A stretch of DNA of 64,000 bases from Eledone cirrhosa (Eukaryota), in contig OZ024746.1 in the NCBI GenBank assembly GCA_964016885.1, positions 81,530,001-81,594,000 of the forward strand, written 5' to 3'. Both the position numbers and the translations under genes were made by a program. Below the pieces are notes generated by a model. That model was not told the DNA's origin and did not search any database. It saw only the letters and a program-made list of their open reading frames with translations. This document shows, piece after piece, positions 45,470 to 59,839 of this stretch (position 1 is its first letter; every line of letters starts with the position of its first letter).

Positions 45470-46123
45470 CCCTAAAACTCGAGAACCACCCAACCGATTG
45501 TTTTTAAATTTTACACGTAATACTTATGGTCGTGTGAGTGTTTTGAGCAAAAAATATTTTCTCATTTTTTGCCCCAGGGACCACATTAGGCGAAAAACCG
45601 ATTTTTTTAAGCATTTTGGTTGCGTTAGGGACTATAACTCGAGTAGTACCCAACCGATTTTTTTTTCAACTTTGCATATGCATTACTTATGTTTCACAAA
45701 TTTTCTTGACTCAAAAAGATTTCAAATTTTTGCCCAGGTACCGCATTGTTTAGCATTTTGTTTGCATTAGGGTTTGTAACCAACTAAATACCTTTATGCT
45801 CTCCACCACTGCAGTCCCACATGCTTACTGCTCTGTAACTATTGGTTTCATTGTACCATAGCACAACAAATACATGTTCGGTTTGTCGAATGCCTTTTTA
45901 CTTAACCCTATCGTCTTGGCTTTCGTGGGTTGAACATTTTACTCTCAGGTACCCAATTAAGTTAAACCCCTGGTAATCTACGACGAATTTTTTTATAAGC
46001 ACAAAATGTAGACACCATCCCCAGGCCTAGGTATTCCGTACTTCTCTGTACTGTTTCAGAAAGGGGGGATAAACATGCCAATCTATGTTTAGAATCCCGA
46101 GCAACGCCGGGCCATTCTACTAG
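45393..46123 (+). mobile_element. Non-autonomous Helitron, copy 2 (head-to-tail with copy 1)
   Basis: Begins with TC directly after CTAG; (TCTG)n; ends cccg-agcaacgc-cggg hairpin, then CTAG|T. Confidence 0.8.
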
Positions 46124-46148
46124 TATATATATATACACACACACACAG

Positions 46149-46206
<58 letters not shown>

Positions 46207-46742
46207 GGTAAAGGAGCGACCGCGAGCTCAAGCAGTTTCAAATTGTATTTTCTTCAAGCCACTTAATATAACCAATCTATCTCATCGTGTATTGTGAACT
46301 ACTCTGAGTTTTTCTCTTCCTATCTTCGCAAAAGTAAAACACTCGTAAATATACATATATTCTATATATTTTGACAAACATCAAGTGTAATAGATTCAGT
46401 TTATGCTTTCATTTGTCGGGGGGAGGGGGTGTCTACACATATGTGTGTTTGTATAAATGTATGCCTGTGTGAGTATGTACCACTGTGTGTGTGTGTGTGT
46501 GTTTGTGTGTTTGTGTGTATGTGTGTGTGTGTTATAAAAAATGTTTCATTACTAGGCTTATCTTTTTAGTATTAAGCTTACTTAATGTGCCAGTATAGTC
46601 CAAATAGGCGAGTGAGTTATGTACAGTTGGTCATGGCATGATGTATTCAAAGATGTTAGTTCAGAAACAACACAAGAACATGTGCTTGTAACTCAATCGC
46701 CTACTTGGAACAAATACACACACACACACACGCACACGCACG

Positions 46743-46792
<50 letters not shown>

Positions 46793-47229
46793 GGCACTCA
46801 CACATACACATACATACATACATACATACATACATACATACACACGCACACACATACATACACACATGCACACATGCACACAAAATATAACTGATATTGA
46901 AATAAAACTTGCATAATACACTTTAACACGACATTGAACGAATTGCATTTGTCTTGGCAGAGAAAGAAGTATTATTCCTTATATTCAAAATTGTTTCTAT
47001 CTGTCAATAAAACTTGGTGGCTCTATATGTTTTGTCCTCTTCGTTTTTTTTTTTTTTTTCCTTCTATCTTTCTCCCTATTCTTCAAATTTCTTTTTTTTT
47101 TCTTTTTCCTTCTATCTTTCTCCCTATTCTTCAAATTTAAAATAAAATACAGTGCGTAGCTCCTCGGAGATCAGAGAGTTGTTCTAGGTAAAGCCGCTAC
47201 TTCTCCGGATTGGGAGATCACAGCTCCGA

Positions 47230-47460
47230 AACTACGGATATGTGGTTAGAATGTCTGAAGAATAAAAAAACGATGGACATATTTTACGGAGAAAAACCAA
47301 CCCACAGGAGACTCAAGGGTAGATAATTGAATAACATTTATGAGCTCGGCTGGTCTCGCTTTGGGGATCCAGCGGTATCAATAGGAGAGTGTTGCTTCTG
47401 ATAGGAACTGCTGGAAGGCGTACTTGAGGACTCTGCTCCCACGAACCTCCCAGGAGCATG
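47230..47460 (+). pseudogene. RTE LINE 3' fragment (degenerate)
   Basis: Homologous to 6263-6445. Confidence 0.6.
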
Positions 47461-47829
47461 TCCATTGTCCCATGTTAAAGATGTACAAAATACAGAAATA
47501 GGTTTGTCAAAGAGTATAGAACCAATAGGGAAAATTGATTTCAAATTCAGACACAAGGCCGGGAAATTTTTGGGGGAAGACAAAGTTAACTAAATCAACC
47601 CCAGTTCTTCACTAACACTAAATTTTACTGACTCCAGAAAGGTGAAAGCTAAAGTTGACCATGGCAGGATTTCAAGGGAAAGAACAAATGCCACAATGCC
47701 GTTTTATCTGACGTTTTACCAATTCTCTTAACCCAACACCCTTCTTCTTCTTCTTCTTCTTCTTCTTCTTCTTCTTCTTCTTCTTCTTCTTCTTCTTCTT
47801 CTTTTTCTTCTTCTTCTTCTTTTTCGTTC

Positions 47830-48060
47830 ACTTATTCCTGAGACGGTCGTGGAGGCAGAGTCCTTAAATACTCCTTCCACAAGGACCTCTCAAAAGCAAC
47901 CGTCTCAAATATATCCGGCTGGATCCCCAAGCGTGACCAGCCGAGCTCATGAATGTTATCCAACCATCATGAACGGGATCTACCCATGGGTCTCCTGCCG
48001 ATTGGGTTTGTCCGTAAAATCTGTTCAGTGATTCTTTCCTGAGACATTCTAACCACGTGT
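47830..48060 (-). pseudogene. RTE LINE 3' fragment with (GAA)n tail; paralog at 51570-51730
   Basis: Same RTE C-terminus; adjacent (CTT)n. Confidence 0.72.
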
Positions 48061-48259
48061 TCATAATATCGATCGAGTTGATATCAAAATGTTGATGCTT
48101 ATCTGTCTTTCCTCTAAATTATTGAATAGTTGAAAAATCTATTCTAAAAACTTGGTACTTTTCTTATTTCCGTTTGATTTATTCACATTTATTCAATTTT
48201 GCTAACCCAACACCCTTAGACTTCTTCTTACACGAATTGCTGACACACAAATACACATA

Positions 48260-48297
<38 letters not shown>

Positions 48298-48326
48298 CAG
48301 AAATATATATATATATATACATACAG

Positions 48327-48401
<75 letters not shown>

Positions 48402-48404
48402 CAG

Positions 48405-48461
<57 letters not shown>

Positions 48462-48464
48462 CAG

Positions 48465-48526
<62 letters not shown>

Positions 48527-49724
48527 AGGGGTATATATATATATATACACACGTATGTAAGCAGACCAAGGCCGTATTACATAAATAACGGATTTCTATT
48601 AATATCTCTTTTCACTTATTATCTTTAGCTATGATCTATAAATAAATTACCTGAAAAAAACGGCCGAGAGCAGTTGTGGCAGTGGTGGTATCGATGTTAC
48701 TGCTGTTGATGGTGTTGTTGATAAAGTGTTGCTGCTGTGTTCCTGCTGTGAGCCAACGAGTTAAGTGGTTGCTCGATTTTCTAGAAATAGCAAATGGTTG
48801 TTGTTGTTTCTGTTGTTTCACCTCAGGTCAGTTCAGCCATGACCCTCACGTCTTTTTTCTTTTCATAATACAGTCTGTTTAGGACTACATTGCACACTGG
48901 TTCTTCGTTCAGTTCTTCAGTTCTTCATCCAGACGGTAGGATGTGTTTTGGGGGAGATTTGGCTGCTATTTCTGGGAGGTCAAACAACCGCATAAGGTGT
49001 CCCTTCATAACTCGGTTTATTGGGCATTGGACTAACAAGTGAAATAAATTCATATTTTCCTAAAACTGTCTCCTTTTCTTTTGTTTTCTCTTTCTAACTA
49101 GAAGACAAATTCCAGTTCTTTTAGAATTATTTTGAGTACGTCATTCAGTACATCCCTATCTAACTGAATATCAAGTGTTTGGGATTGTGGTTATACTAAT
49201 TCATAGTTTTGTTGATATTTGTCGTTGTTATTGTTGTTGTTTAGTTGCAAATATGTCGTGGCCAAGTAGACCTATGTTCAAAGAGTTTCCAGATTCGACT
49301 ATCTCATCTTTTTCAATATCCAAGACTGTTTTATCAACAGATCTTCCCTTTTTTTTAACACAGTAAAGTTTGATCTAAATTCAGAGGCCACGTATAGGTT
49401 TTTTATATTGATTTGTTGTAGTAGTTGTTGAATAAGGAAGTCTTGTGAGCTAAACAACAACAGCAATCTTTTGTTTCTATTTGCAATGGAATTTGTTTTA
49501 TCTTTAAGAAATATTCGTCTGCCTAAAAAATGTAAACTTGGATCAAACTAATGTAACGTACTGTTCAAGAAGTAATCTGTCTTTCTAAAACCGAAGACTA
49601 AAGGCGACCCTTTTAGATGCTGTAGATCATTTGGATTAATTTTGTGAAAGACTTACTGATATGCTGTGGAATGCCTAATTGCTACGTTCAACATCTTCAA
49701 TGTTGCCATCACATTTACAGACTG

Positions 49725-49850
<126 letters not shown>

Positions 49851-52800
49851 AGTAGAATGAACTCTATAGATAATGATCACAACCATAAGGATATGGTCCG
49901 AACGTGGAAGAGCCGAACTCCCACTGTCATAGCCTCCATCTCTCTCGCCCTCCCCATCTCTCCGTATGGTGAGCAAATTGGGTCCCACGTGCTGGCCTCC
50001 CCACAGCCCCGGCGGACAGAATGGCGAAGGCGTTTCCTCGGAGGCTAGTAAGGGAGATGCGCTGGAAGAGCCATTCCAACTCGCGAGGCCACCTGCGGCT
50101 GGCCAGTTCAGCGCCTATGGTGTAGATTGTGAAAAGATTAAAAAGATAAAACTACTCCAAACAATGTGTTGTTTCAGAATTGTTCAACTCTTCCTGCCAT
50201 ATATCTAAACATCGATATAATTTCCGCTTTTCTTACGAACTGAAATTGTTATGGAACTATTCTTCTTCCTTCCAATTCTTGAGTCATTTACTATATACTA
50301 AATTCAAGCTATCACTACTAACAGAAATACTTTAAAACCCACTGGGATTGTCAGATTGAAATATGGTCTCAGTTTGAACAAAAACTGGAAGTAATTTAGA
50401 AACGTTCAGCTTTTCTTAATCTAGAAAATATTCTCAATAATATTTGGTTACAGATCGTCTGTAGGATCAGATATTGGATTCTGGGGCCTCGTTGAAATCT
50501 CACTTTACATACGAGTTTAACATAGATTTAATGACTAACATTGATTGTTCATTAAGTTAAATTGTTAGTAGACCTGCTTGTAACTGAGATGTTTGATTAT
50601 TCGGATTAAAAACATTGGATCTGGTTTACTTAACTGAGATTGTGACAGAGTATATTTTATTTATTCAGCTTAGACGTGAAACACTCACATGAGTAGAATT
50701 TGCGATACAAAATATCTTTCAATATCTCAACACTTTGAAAATTGATCTCAACACTTTGAAAATTGATCTCAACACTAGCACAATACATCTTCTGAGCAAA
50801 ACATCACTTGAAAGTTGATATAATAGCTGTTTGGTTCGGTAATAAAAACTAAAGAACTATCAAAATTACTAACACTATTCTCAACTTAGTGGACGTTTAT
50901 CACCTCCTACGACGAGCACGTCACTTTTCACCAGTCATCTAATGTTCCAAATTGAGATTTTATCCATTAAAACGCAAGAACTGATTCATCTGAGTTTTGA
51001 AGTGTCTTTATGACAATGCTGAACTCATGCTGAACAATTAACTGAAACACCACTGAGACCATTAATATTCTATATTCTGTAAGAATATTTTTGTGATATA
51101 CATTTAAGTATTTCAGCTATTTTAGTCTATGTGTTTCAGTTTGCCGTTCTACCAAACCAGATTTTATGGTATTCCATATGACAATAACCAAATTTTCATT
51201 TCTCCTATTTTTATAAATTTAGTTATATGTTTGTAGATAGTTAAAAATGTTGTGCAATGTTTTCGATGAGGTGTTTAATTCTCTTTATTACAGTTTATTC
51301 GACTAGGAAATAAATAAATAAATAAACAAATAAATAAGGGTGTCTAAATTTAAGATCATAAACATTGATCCCTTTTTTGTTTACTTTTATTCAGGTGATG
51401 TATTTGACAGGGCCGTTTGGGTGCAGATAAAATGTTTCGGTATTTGTTCCCTTTCAACTTTGCCTTTCACCCTTTCGATAAATAAAATATGAGTCCAGGG
51501 GACGGTGAAATTATTAAAGCAGATCACCTCTACTAGCTTTTGTCGATCCAGTCTTCTTCTTCTTCTTCTTCTTCGCTCACTTATCCCTGAGATGGTCGTG
51601 GAGGCAGACTCCCCAATCACTCCTTCCACAGGGACCTGTCAGAAGCAACCATCTTCAATTTATCCTGGGTCTCCTGCTGATTGGGTTTGCCCGTAAAAAT
51701 TATTCAGCGATTCTTTCCTGAGACATTCTAATCACATATCTATAATATCGATCGAGTTAATATCAAAAATTTGATGCTTATCTGTTTTCCCCTCAAATGA
51801 TTGTATAGTTGAAAAATCTATTCTAAAAACTCGGCGCTTTTTTTTTATTTCCATTCGATTTATTCATATGCATACCATTTATTTCATTAAAGTTACAGTA
51901 CACATTAGTTCAGTTAATATGTACTAAATCATGCATTAGCCGAATAAGTGTAATGAGGATGACTATTTTAGTTTCTCGCATTCATTGTTGTGAATTTGTT
52001 ATATTTACATTAACTCCCTGTTTGTATTCATATTGTTATGAGGGACATGTTGTAAAGGGATATATGACATTCTTCAAATAACACATGTAAAAGTTAAACT
52101 AATAAAATAATATAGATAAAAATACATATAGACATTAAATGTGTATAAATAGAAATGCATAAGATTATATTGTGTGAACAGTTGTTGTAGAACCAAAGTC
52201 TCAACAATGCTCTAGATAGCTATATATTGTATAATTCATGTTCTATGTATCTTCTTTATGCATACTTTCATTTTATAATAATTGTTTCTACTTTGGGCAC
52301 AAGGCCAGCAATTATCCCAGTGCGTGACTGGTATTTTATTTTATCGACCCCGTAAGGATGAAAGGCAAAGTTAACCTCGGTGGGATATGAACTCAGAACG
52401 TAAATAATAATATCCATATCAAATGATAAGAATATATTGTTGTTGTTTTATCTGCAACAATTTAGAAATGTCCAGCATATGACTTGGTTTATTAAATTCC
52501 TTCGTTCAGCCGTAAATTAATTGAGATATTGTATTCCAAATATCTATTCATAAGCACGTCTTGTCCAAAATGTTCTTTACTATGATATCCGGTCGTTTTG
52601 TTTGAATTTTAAATCGGTATGTACAAGGAATTTCTAAATAACAACGGCATCAGTATCTAAATGAGTGGAGGAGGGGGAGGGGTTAATGTATAGTGTATAT
52701 ATGGATAAAGTATATCGAGTATATAGTGTATATAGAGTATATTGTATATATAGGGTATATAACAGTTCATATCACGATACAATGAGAGATAGATAGAGAA

Positions 52801-52863
52801 GTTTCAACGTAAAGTCATCTACGGAGACAGTTATATGATACACAGACACATACATACATACAT

Positions 52864-53228
52864 GGTGGCTGCCAATTCGTTTTTGAGTACGGCCACTACT
52901 TTATATCCATGTAGGAGAACCCCTACCGATGTGCTAAACGAGTGAGACTTTTTAGTCCAGCCAGCGACTTGAAAACTCTGGTACAAACACTACACTTGTG
53001 ACAATTATTGACACATAGTGCTGGGCCCATGGTACCATGTGACAAGTGCAGAGAGATCTCCAGATATAAAGCAATGCCTGTGCTGTGAAGCTTTTATAGT
53101 GAGCAAAGGCACTGCACAAAGCCAGTCCCACTCTCTTAACCAAGATGATATTTACTAAAAAGAAGAACAAGTCAACATCATTGGATACCATCAGGGTTGC
53201 AGGTGTTATATCAGAGTTTTCCTTTTCC
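52864..53228 (-). mobile_element. 5'-truncated copy of the bipartite RTE-derived element
   Basis: Near-identical reverse complement of about 34990-35357; (CATA)n on both sides. Confidence 0.85.
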
Positions 53229-53626
53229 TAGAATTCAGATACTTGCATACATACATACATACATACATACATACATACGTACATACGTACATATGTACAT
53301 AGATACATACATGCTTAGTGTTCTGCCCTTAACTCCTCATCGAGTCATAGGGGTGCTATCTTCGGCATTTTTCAAATCCGGTGGACCCTATTCATTTTAC
53401 AGTAGATTTCTTTCAGAGAGAGTGTGTGTGGGGGGGGGGGGGGAGAGTTAGAAAGAGATACAAAAGAAGAATCTGGTATTTTATGGAGTTTGAAAGCCTG
53501 AAAGGCAAAATTGGCCTCGGCGGGAATTGAACTGAAGGTGTAGAAAGCTGGAACGAATATGCATTATGTATGACGTCCTAACGACTCTGTCAATTCGCCG
53601 TCACACATTCATTTACATGAAGAAAA

Positions 53627-53830
<204 letters not shown>

Positions 53831-53879
53831 TTTAAAGCTCTGTTGTTTCCGATGAGTGCTCTAGTTTATTCAATCAACG

Positions 53880-56480
53880 TAATAGCTTGCCCGTGATGCA
53901 AGTAGCTGAGAATTTCACAGACCCGTGCATACTTAACATAGTTCTCAGTGTGTAATACGGTTGGACTCTTGAATTACAGGTATAACTTATTTTTGACTGG
54001 AACAACGTGAAATAATTGTTTCTACTATTGGCACAAGGCCAGCAAAATACCCAGTAGATTACTGGTTCTTTATTTTATAGACCCCGTAAGGATGAAAGGC
54101 AAAGTTAACCTCGGCGAGATTTGAACACAGAATGGCAAGGGCCGTAACTCTATGCGTCAAAGCATGGCGTCCGACCCTCTACCGATACTGCCAATCCAGT
54201 GAAATAATGTGTCTTGCACAACGACACAAACTGCCGCTGTCAGGGAATCGCACTCATAGCCCCTATGATTGTGAATCCATTATGCTAACTACTAAGCCTT
54301 GTGTCTTCACGCAGTCAATTAAATCAACCCCGATACTTGACTGGTACTTTATTTCATCGTCCCTGAAAGTATGAAAGGCAAATCTACCTCGACAGAATAT
54401 ACTTTACAGATAATACTTTTTAATTTTGACATAAGGCCAGCGATTTTGGGGGGAGGAGGGAAAGTAGACTATATCGACCTCATTAATTGACTGGTACTTC
54501 ATTTTATCGACCCCAGAAGAATGAAAGGTAAATTTGACCTCGGCAGGATTCGAAATCAGAACATAAAGGAACGTATGTTGCTCTGCCGATTCTACCAATC
54601 CCCTCTCTGATATGTTCAAATGATTTCTACTATAGACACAACGGCAGCAATTTGGGGAGAGGAAAAGTCGATTAAATCGACCCCAGTGCGTGACTAGTAC
54701 TTTATTTTATCGACCCCGTAAGGATGAAAGGCAAAGCTAACCTCGGCGGGATTTGAACTCATAACTCTATGCCACAAAGTATAGTGTCGACGCTCTACCG
54801 ATTTTGCGAATCCACCGCCCTGATATGTTCAAATAATGATATCACCAAAAGTACGTACTGATAATAGTGGTAGAATAATTTGATGACAATATTGAGATAG
54901 AGAAGGCTGTTCCAAAAGCAGGGGACATATCAAAGTGACACTCTCTAAAGAGAAACAAACTCTGAAATTAATGTTTCACTCTTTAATATGAATCACTTCT
55001 GGAATTTTCGTTAAGTGAAAACGGAACTCGAACGGGAAACCTTGTCAAGCTTAAATTACGGGAGAGAAAAGGTTGTAAATTACAATAGAGTTCTGCCATT
55101 GGAATTGAATGCGATAAATGTAGTTGGATTTAACGAAGGAAATTCTAGAGTTGCTGGGTGGATCGTAAAAAAGAATCCCGAGAGACAACTGACTACACGA
55201 AAGACAACTATGTGCTGAAAAACGAAAGAAAGAGTGTAGATGAGAGAGATCAGGAAGGAATAAGGTTTCAAAATTATCTAAACATACTGAATTCAAAACG
55301 AACAACAAACACTTTGTAATCTTGACAACAACAACAATAACTGAATAATGGTTTCTGATTTAGGCACAGGTCCAACCATTCTGGGGGAAGGGAAAGTCAA
55401 CTAAATCGACACCAGTTCGTTACTGGTACTTTATTTTATCGACCCCGTAAGGATGAAAGGCAAAGGTAAACCTCGGCGAGATTTGAACACAGAAAGGCCC
55501 GAAGAGGTTGCATACAGTGCAAAAACAAAGGAAAACAATAAACATAAAATAATAGGAGATTTACATGTTGTAAACGAGTGAGATCAACCAAACAATATGA
55601 ATACATTAATAAATAAACAACAATAAATAACACTAACAGTATAGAACAACAAATTAATGACTTCTTATATAGGCACAAGGCTATCAATTTTGGAGACGGG
55701 GAAAGTCGATTAAATCGGCCCCAGTGCGTGACTGGTACTTTATTTTATCAACCCCGTAAGGATGAAAGGCAAAGTTAACCTCGGCGGGATTTGAACTCAG
55801 ATCATAAAGGACCGTAACTCTATGCTGCCAATCCACCGCCCTCAGAACAACAAGATAACTAGACAGAATCACTAAAATGTGATGTGCAGCAACATGATTT
55901 GGTGGAGAGGTTGGTTGATAAAAATCAACCACAGTCCTTGACTACTACTTTATTTTATTAAACCTGGAAAGTTGAAAGTCAAAATTCATCTCGGTCGAAT
56001 TTTAAATTTAGACCTTAATGACCTAGAATAAATGCTATAAATTATTTTGCCCGATGCTTTAACCATTCTACCAATAATTTTATAACAAATATAGTAATTT
56101 GTTAATTAGACACAAGGCTAGAAATTTACGTGATGGACCATTCGATTATATTGATTGCTTGACTTGTCTGATAATATATTTAATGATTCCAGAAGAACGG
56201 AGAAAAGAAAAAAAAATCGAGCTTCGGTGGAATTCGAACTTAGATCGTAAAGTGCTGTAACTAAATATTATTGATTTTAGCATCTCTGCCTACTAATAAC
56301 TGTTTATAAATAATTCGCAAACATAATTTTCTGTTGGGATGGATGTGTAGAAGAGAAGGGCAATCATTTGAATCGCTTCAAGTAATTGGTTAATAGGCAT
56401 TTTATTGACACCCAGAACGAAGATAAAAAAGCAAAGTCATCTTGTATAGATACACCAACTAACTACCGAAAAGCCTTTGT
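53880..56480 (-). mobile_element. Cluster of about 10 Meta-like SINEs of different ages, plus a V-like SINE host
   Basis: TSDs gtgaaataat (54007/54199) and ctgatatgttcaaat (54607/54820); repeated core tggtactttattttatcgacccc. Confidence 0.8.
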
Positions 56481-56883
56481 GAGTGTCGTTCTACATATTC
56501 TAGTGCAAACAAGTATTACTAATAATACATCTATTGACAAAACATGTAAGTAAAATTAGAAAATATATTTTTTTCTTCCCTCACAAGACAATAATTTTCG
56601 CGCCAATTGTTACGTTCCCATGAGAACTTAGTCGGAAGAGTAAAACTAACGCACGTATCGGCCACCATTTAAGTTGGGATGTCGTATGAAACTCTCTATA
56701 AACCCACTCAAACTTGTCCTCAAATAGAAATAATAAAAAAAAAAAATACGGTGACATTTTTTCCTCTGTTCTATTCTATGTACTTAACACAATTTCAAAA
56801 TATAGTTTAGGTTGGTGCACAGGATAAAAATAAACACACTTAAGCACAATGGTCTAATTCTATGCACGTACATGCACGTACAT

Positions 56884-56973
<90 letters not shown>

Positions 56974-57020
56974 GTATATATATATATTAATATATGTATA
57001 CATATAATATATATATATAT

Positions 57021-58479
57021 GGCCTGTTTCACCGATATCTGACGAGGACTGCTACAGATACAAAAGATAGATGAGAATATGACTGTATGAACAAGGAACG
57101 CATAATCAAGGAATATTGCACCCGGTTAAGAAAAATATGGTCATCTGAAATCGCTGCGCACAATAAAACAGTGGCGCACAATATATTTGTTGTGCTTGTC
57201 CTAACACCAACGTTTGAAATAATTGAGTGGACAATAGACAAAATTCTTCTACATCGACAGTGGCATAGACTGTCTCTACTTAAACTTAATCAGGGAGGCA
57301 GAGGCCTAACATCAGTCTAGACAGCATTTAAGTGTCGCATCATATCCCTCCAACAACATCTACGAACCTCTAAGCGTAGGAGCCCATCTATTGAGCATGT
57401 CTGTCTACACGAAACAGATAAGATCCTGAGAGTTGGGAAGGAATTCCTTGAAAGATACTTCCTGCGTGATAATCAAAAAGTCACACTCAGGGCTACCACA
57501 ATGAATCCATGGATGAAAAGCTGCATGCTTATCAGCAAAATATCATGCATGGATATGTTACCAGAAGGCTCCAGAGTGAGAGTAACACAGATAAGGAAAG
57601 TTGGCTATATTTACCATCACTTTGAAGGATATGCTTTTTCAACCCAAGAACAGGAAATCAATACAAAATACCCGATTCACAAAATAAAAGGAATGCAGGC
57701 AAAACTCCCAGATGTGACAACAAAACTAGACTCTGCTGAATTAACATCGAATATGTTTCCCCTGTCATAAGCAGCTGTCCATGATGTAGTGACCATGACA
57801 CATGCAATCCGTAGAAAAAGATAACCCAACAATAAACACATTAAAAGTTATAACAATGTGGAAGACATACACATATATAATATGAAAGAGTACTGGTGGA
57901 ATGTTCCAGTAAAAACCCCAATAAAATGCAAGCATAACAGACCAGATATAATGATATGGGACGGAAAAGAAGGCATGCTCAGTAGTGGAAGTTAGCTACC
58001 CAACAGATGCCAATATAATATTAAAGATGAGCGAAAAGGAGAATATCTATACAGAACTAATGAGGAATCTGTAGATGCTCTACCCTGATTATACCTTCAG
58101 ATTTATACCTGTGATTATTGGGACACTGGGATATGTCAGTAATTGCCTCAGTACAAATCGTGAGAAGCTGGGCTTCAGAGAAACAGAAAGAACATAACTA
58201 ATTAGGAAATTACAAGTACAATCCATTAATGGAACGGTAAAAATATGTAAATCATTCCAAACATTCTACATGTATAGATATAAAACATATGCACATGCAC
58301 ACATAATTCAAAACATCCACATCCACACATACAGTAACATCCATACTTGCACACACTCGCCCGCATGCAGACATGCAGACATATCTACCTAGTTGATGTC
58401 TAAATTCTAATGAAAGAGACATATTTCTGTTAGAAACCGACTCTCTCTCTCCCTCTCTCTCTCTCTCTCTCGCTCTCTC

Positions 58480-58526
<47 letters not shown>

Positions 58527-58565
58527 ATTGGTTACAATTTCTAAAATTATGAAACCAGAAGAAAA
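57021..58565 (+). pseudogene. 5'-truncated R4/Dong-like non-LTR retrotransposon (RT thumb, zinc knuckle remnant, restriction-like endonuclease, 3' UTR)
   Basis: RLRKIWSSE..AHNK..AHN, L....GGRGL, QEQEINTK, WWNVPVKT....KHNRPDIMIWD, VEVSYP.D, IPVIIGTLG; stops and frameshifts. Confidence 0.85.
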
Positions 58566-59047
58566 TACATACATAGATTTTCTTCTAAAGTCATAGTGGG
58601 TTGTATCATTCAATATGTTCTTCCTTTTTTAACGACGTTAGCCTGTGATTGGATGGGAATTTTGCAGCTATTTATAGCAGGCTCGGAGACCAGGTAGAGG
58701 CTCTATCACTGGCAAGTTTCACATTAGCATATAGTATAAAGGGCCAAAATGTTTAATTGAATTGTATTTACATTGGAGCAATGCGTCATTTCCCAAAACA
58801 AGCCAAGACAAACAGCTTCAATCAATATCTCTTTGAAGCCATTTCACTGCAGTTAGGTTGTTAATACCCTTGAAGAAAATCATTTATGTCAGAACATTCG
58901 ACTTCATTTGCTCCACTAAAGTAAACAGACTTTGTAATTAAGATTTCCCATTATAAACAATAGTTTTAGAGGATAGTTTCAACACCACTCAGTTCCAACA
59001 AACTTAATTGTTGCTTCAACTTGCAATTCTCAATGGCCTAACCCACT

Positions 59048-59320
59048 GGCCTAGTGGTAAGGGTGTTGGACTTACGATCATAATGTCGTGGGCTCGATTC
59101 CTGGGTTGCGTGTTGTGTTCTTGAGCAAAACACTTCATTTCACGTTGCTCCAGTATACTCAGCTGAAAATGAGTACCAGCAATAGTTGGAGGTTTAACCC
59201 TGCGATGGACTGGCGTCCTGTCCAGGGGTGAGTCTTGTGCTCTCAGTCGCTTCACGCCATGAAACCGAGATAAGCACCGGCCAAATGAGCCTTCTGGCTT
59301 AAGACAGACTTTAGACTTTT
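59048..59320 (+). mobile_element. Full-length tRNA-derived SINE, V-domain-like, with 9-bp TSD
   Basis: A-box tggcctagtgg, B-box ggctcgattcc; tgtgttcttgagcaaaacactt and ccctgcgatggactgg; TSD taacccact at 59039-59047 and 59321-59329. Confidence 0.88.
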
Positions 59321-59774
59321 TAACCCACTCGCCACAACTTACCGATACATATTGTCGCTACAATTTACTGCAGTACGTATGTGGTATAATTAAATGATAT
59401 ATAGCTAACGCATGCTTTGTTAACTTAGTTCAAATCCTATGCAACGAGGCCACGGTAGAATCGTTCAGAATGCTAAAATCACAGCTCCATTGGAAGAAGC
59501 TGGAGTGTTAACCACATTGTATTCTTTTATCATTTAACTGGTTTCAGTCACCGGAACGCGGGGATGGTAAGGCACCCTTTGTTTTGTGTTAAGTTTTTAT
59601 CGATCATATCAATTTCAGTGCCTGGTTTCCCCTGGGTTCGGAGGATGACAAAAGACAGAGTTGAACTAGATATAGATGGAATTTTTCTCAAAACGCTACC
59701 ACTGATTCTTCACACACACGTACATATATATATATCTCAAGCGTGAACCTGTTTGTCTTATTTATTCTTAAATT

Positions 59775-59839
<65 letters not shown>

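Noticed and set aside
50724-50775. 21-bp tandem repeat (about 2.5 units)
   Set aside because: Ordinary local slippage duplication.
55015-55308. Non-repetitive short ORFs with a minus-strand acceptor-like site
   Set aside because: No recognisable domain or partner exons; needs RNA-seq or BLASTx.
58405-58445. Hammerhead in the RLE-LINE 3' UTR (ctaatga...gaaaccg)
   Set aside because: The core is CTAATGA in both copies, with no convincing stems I-III.
59048-59105. tRNA gene
   Set aside because: The A/B boxes belong to a SINE head with body, tail and TSD; no full cloverleaf.
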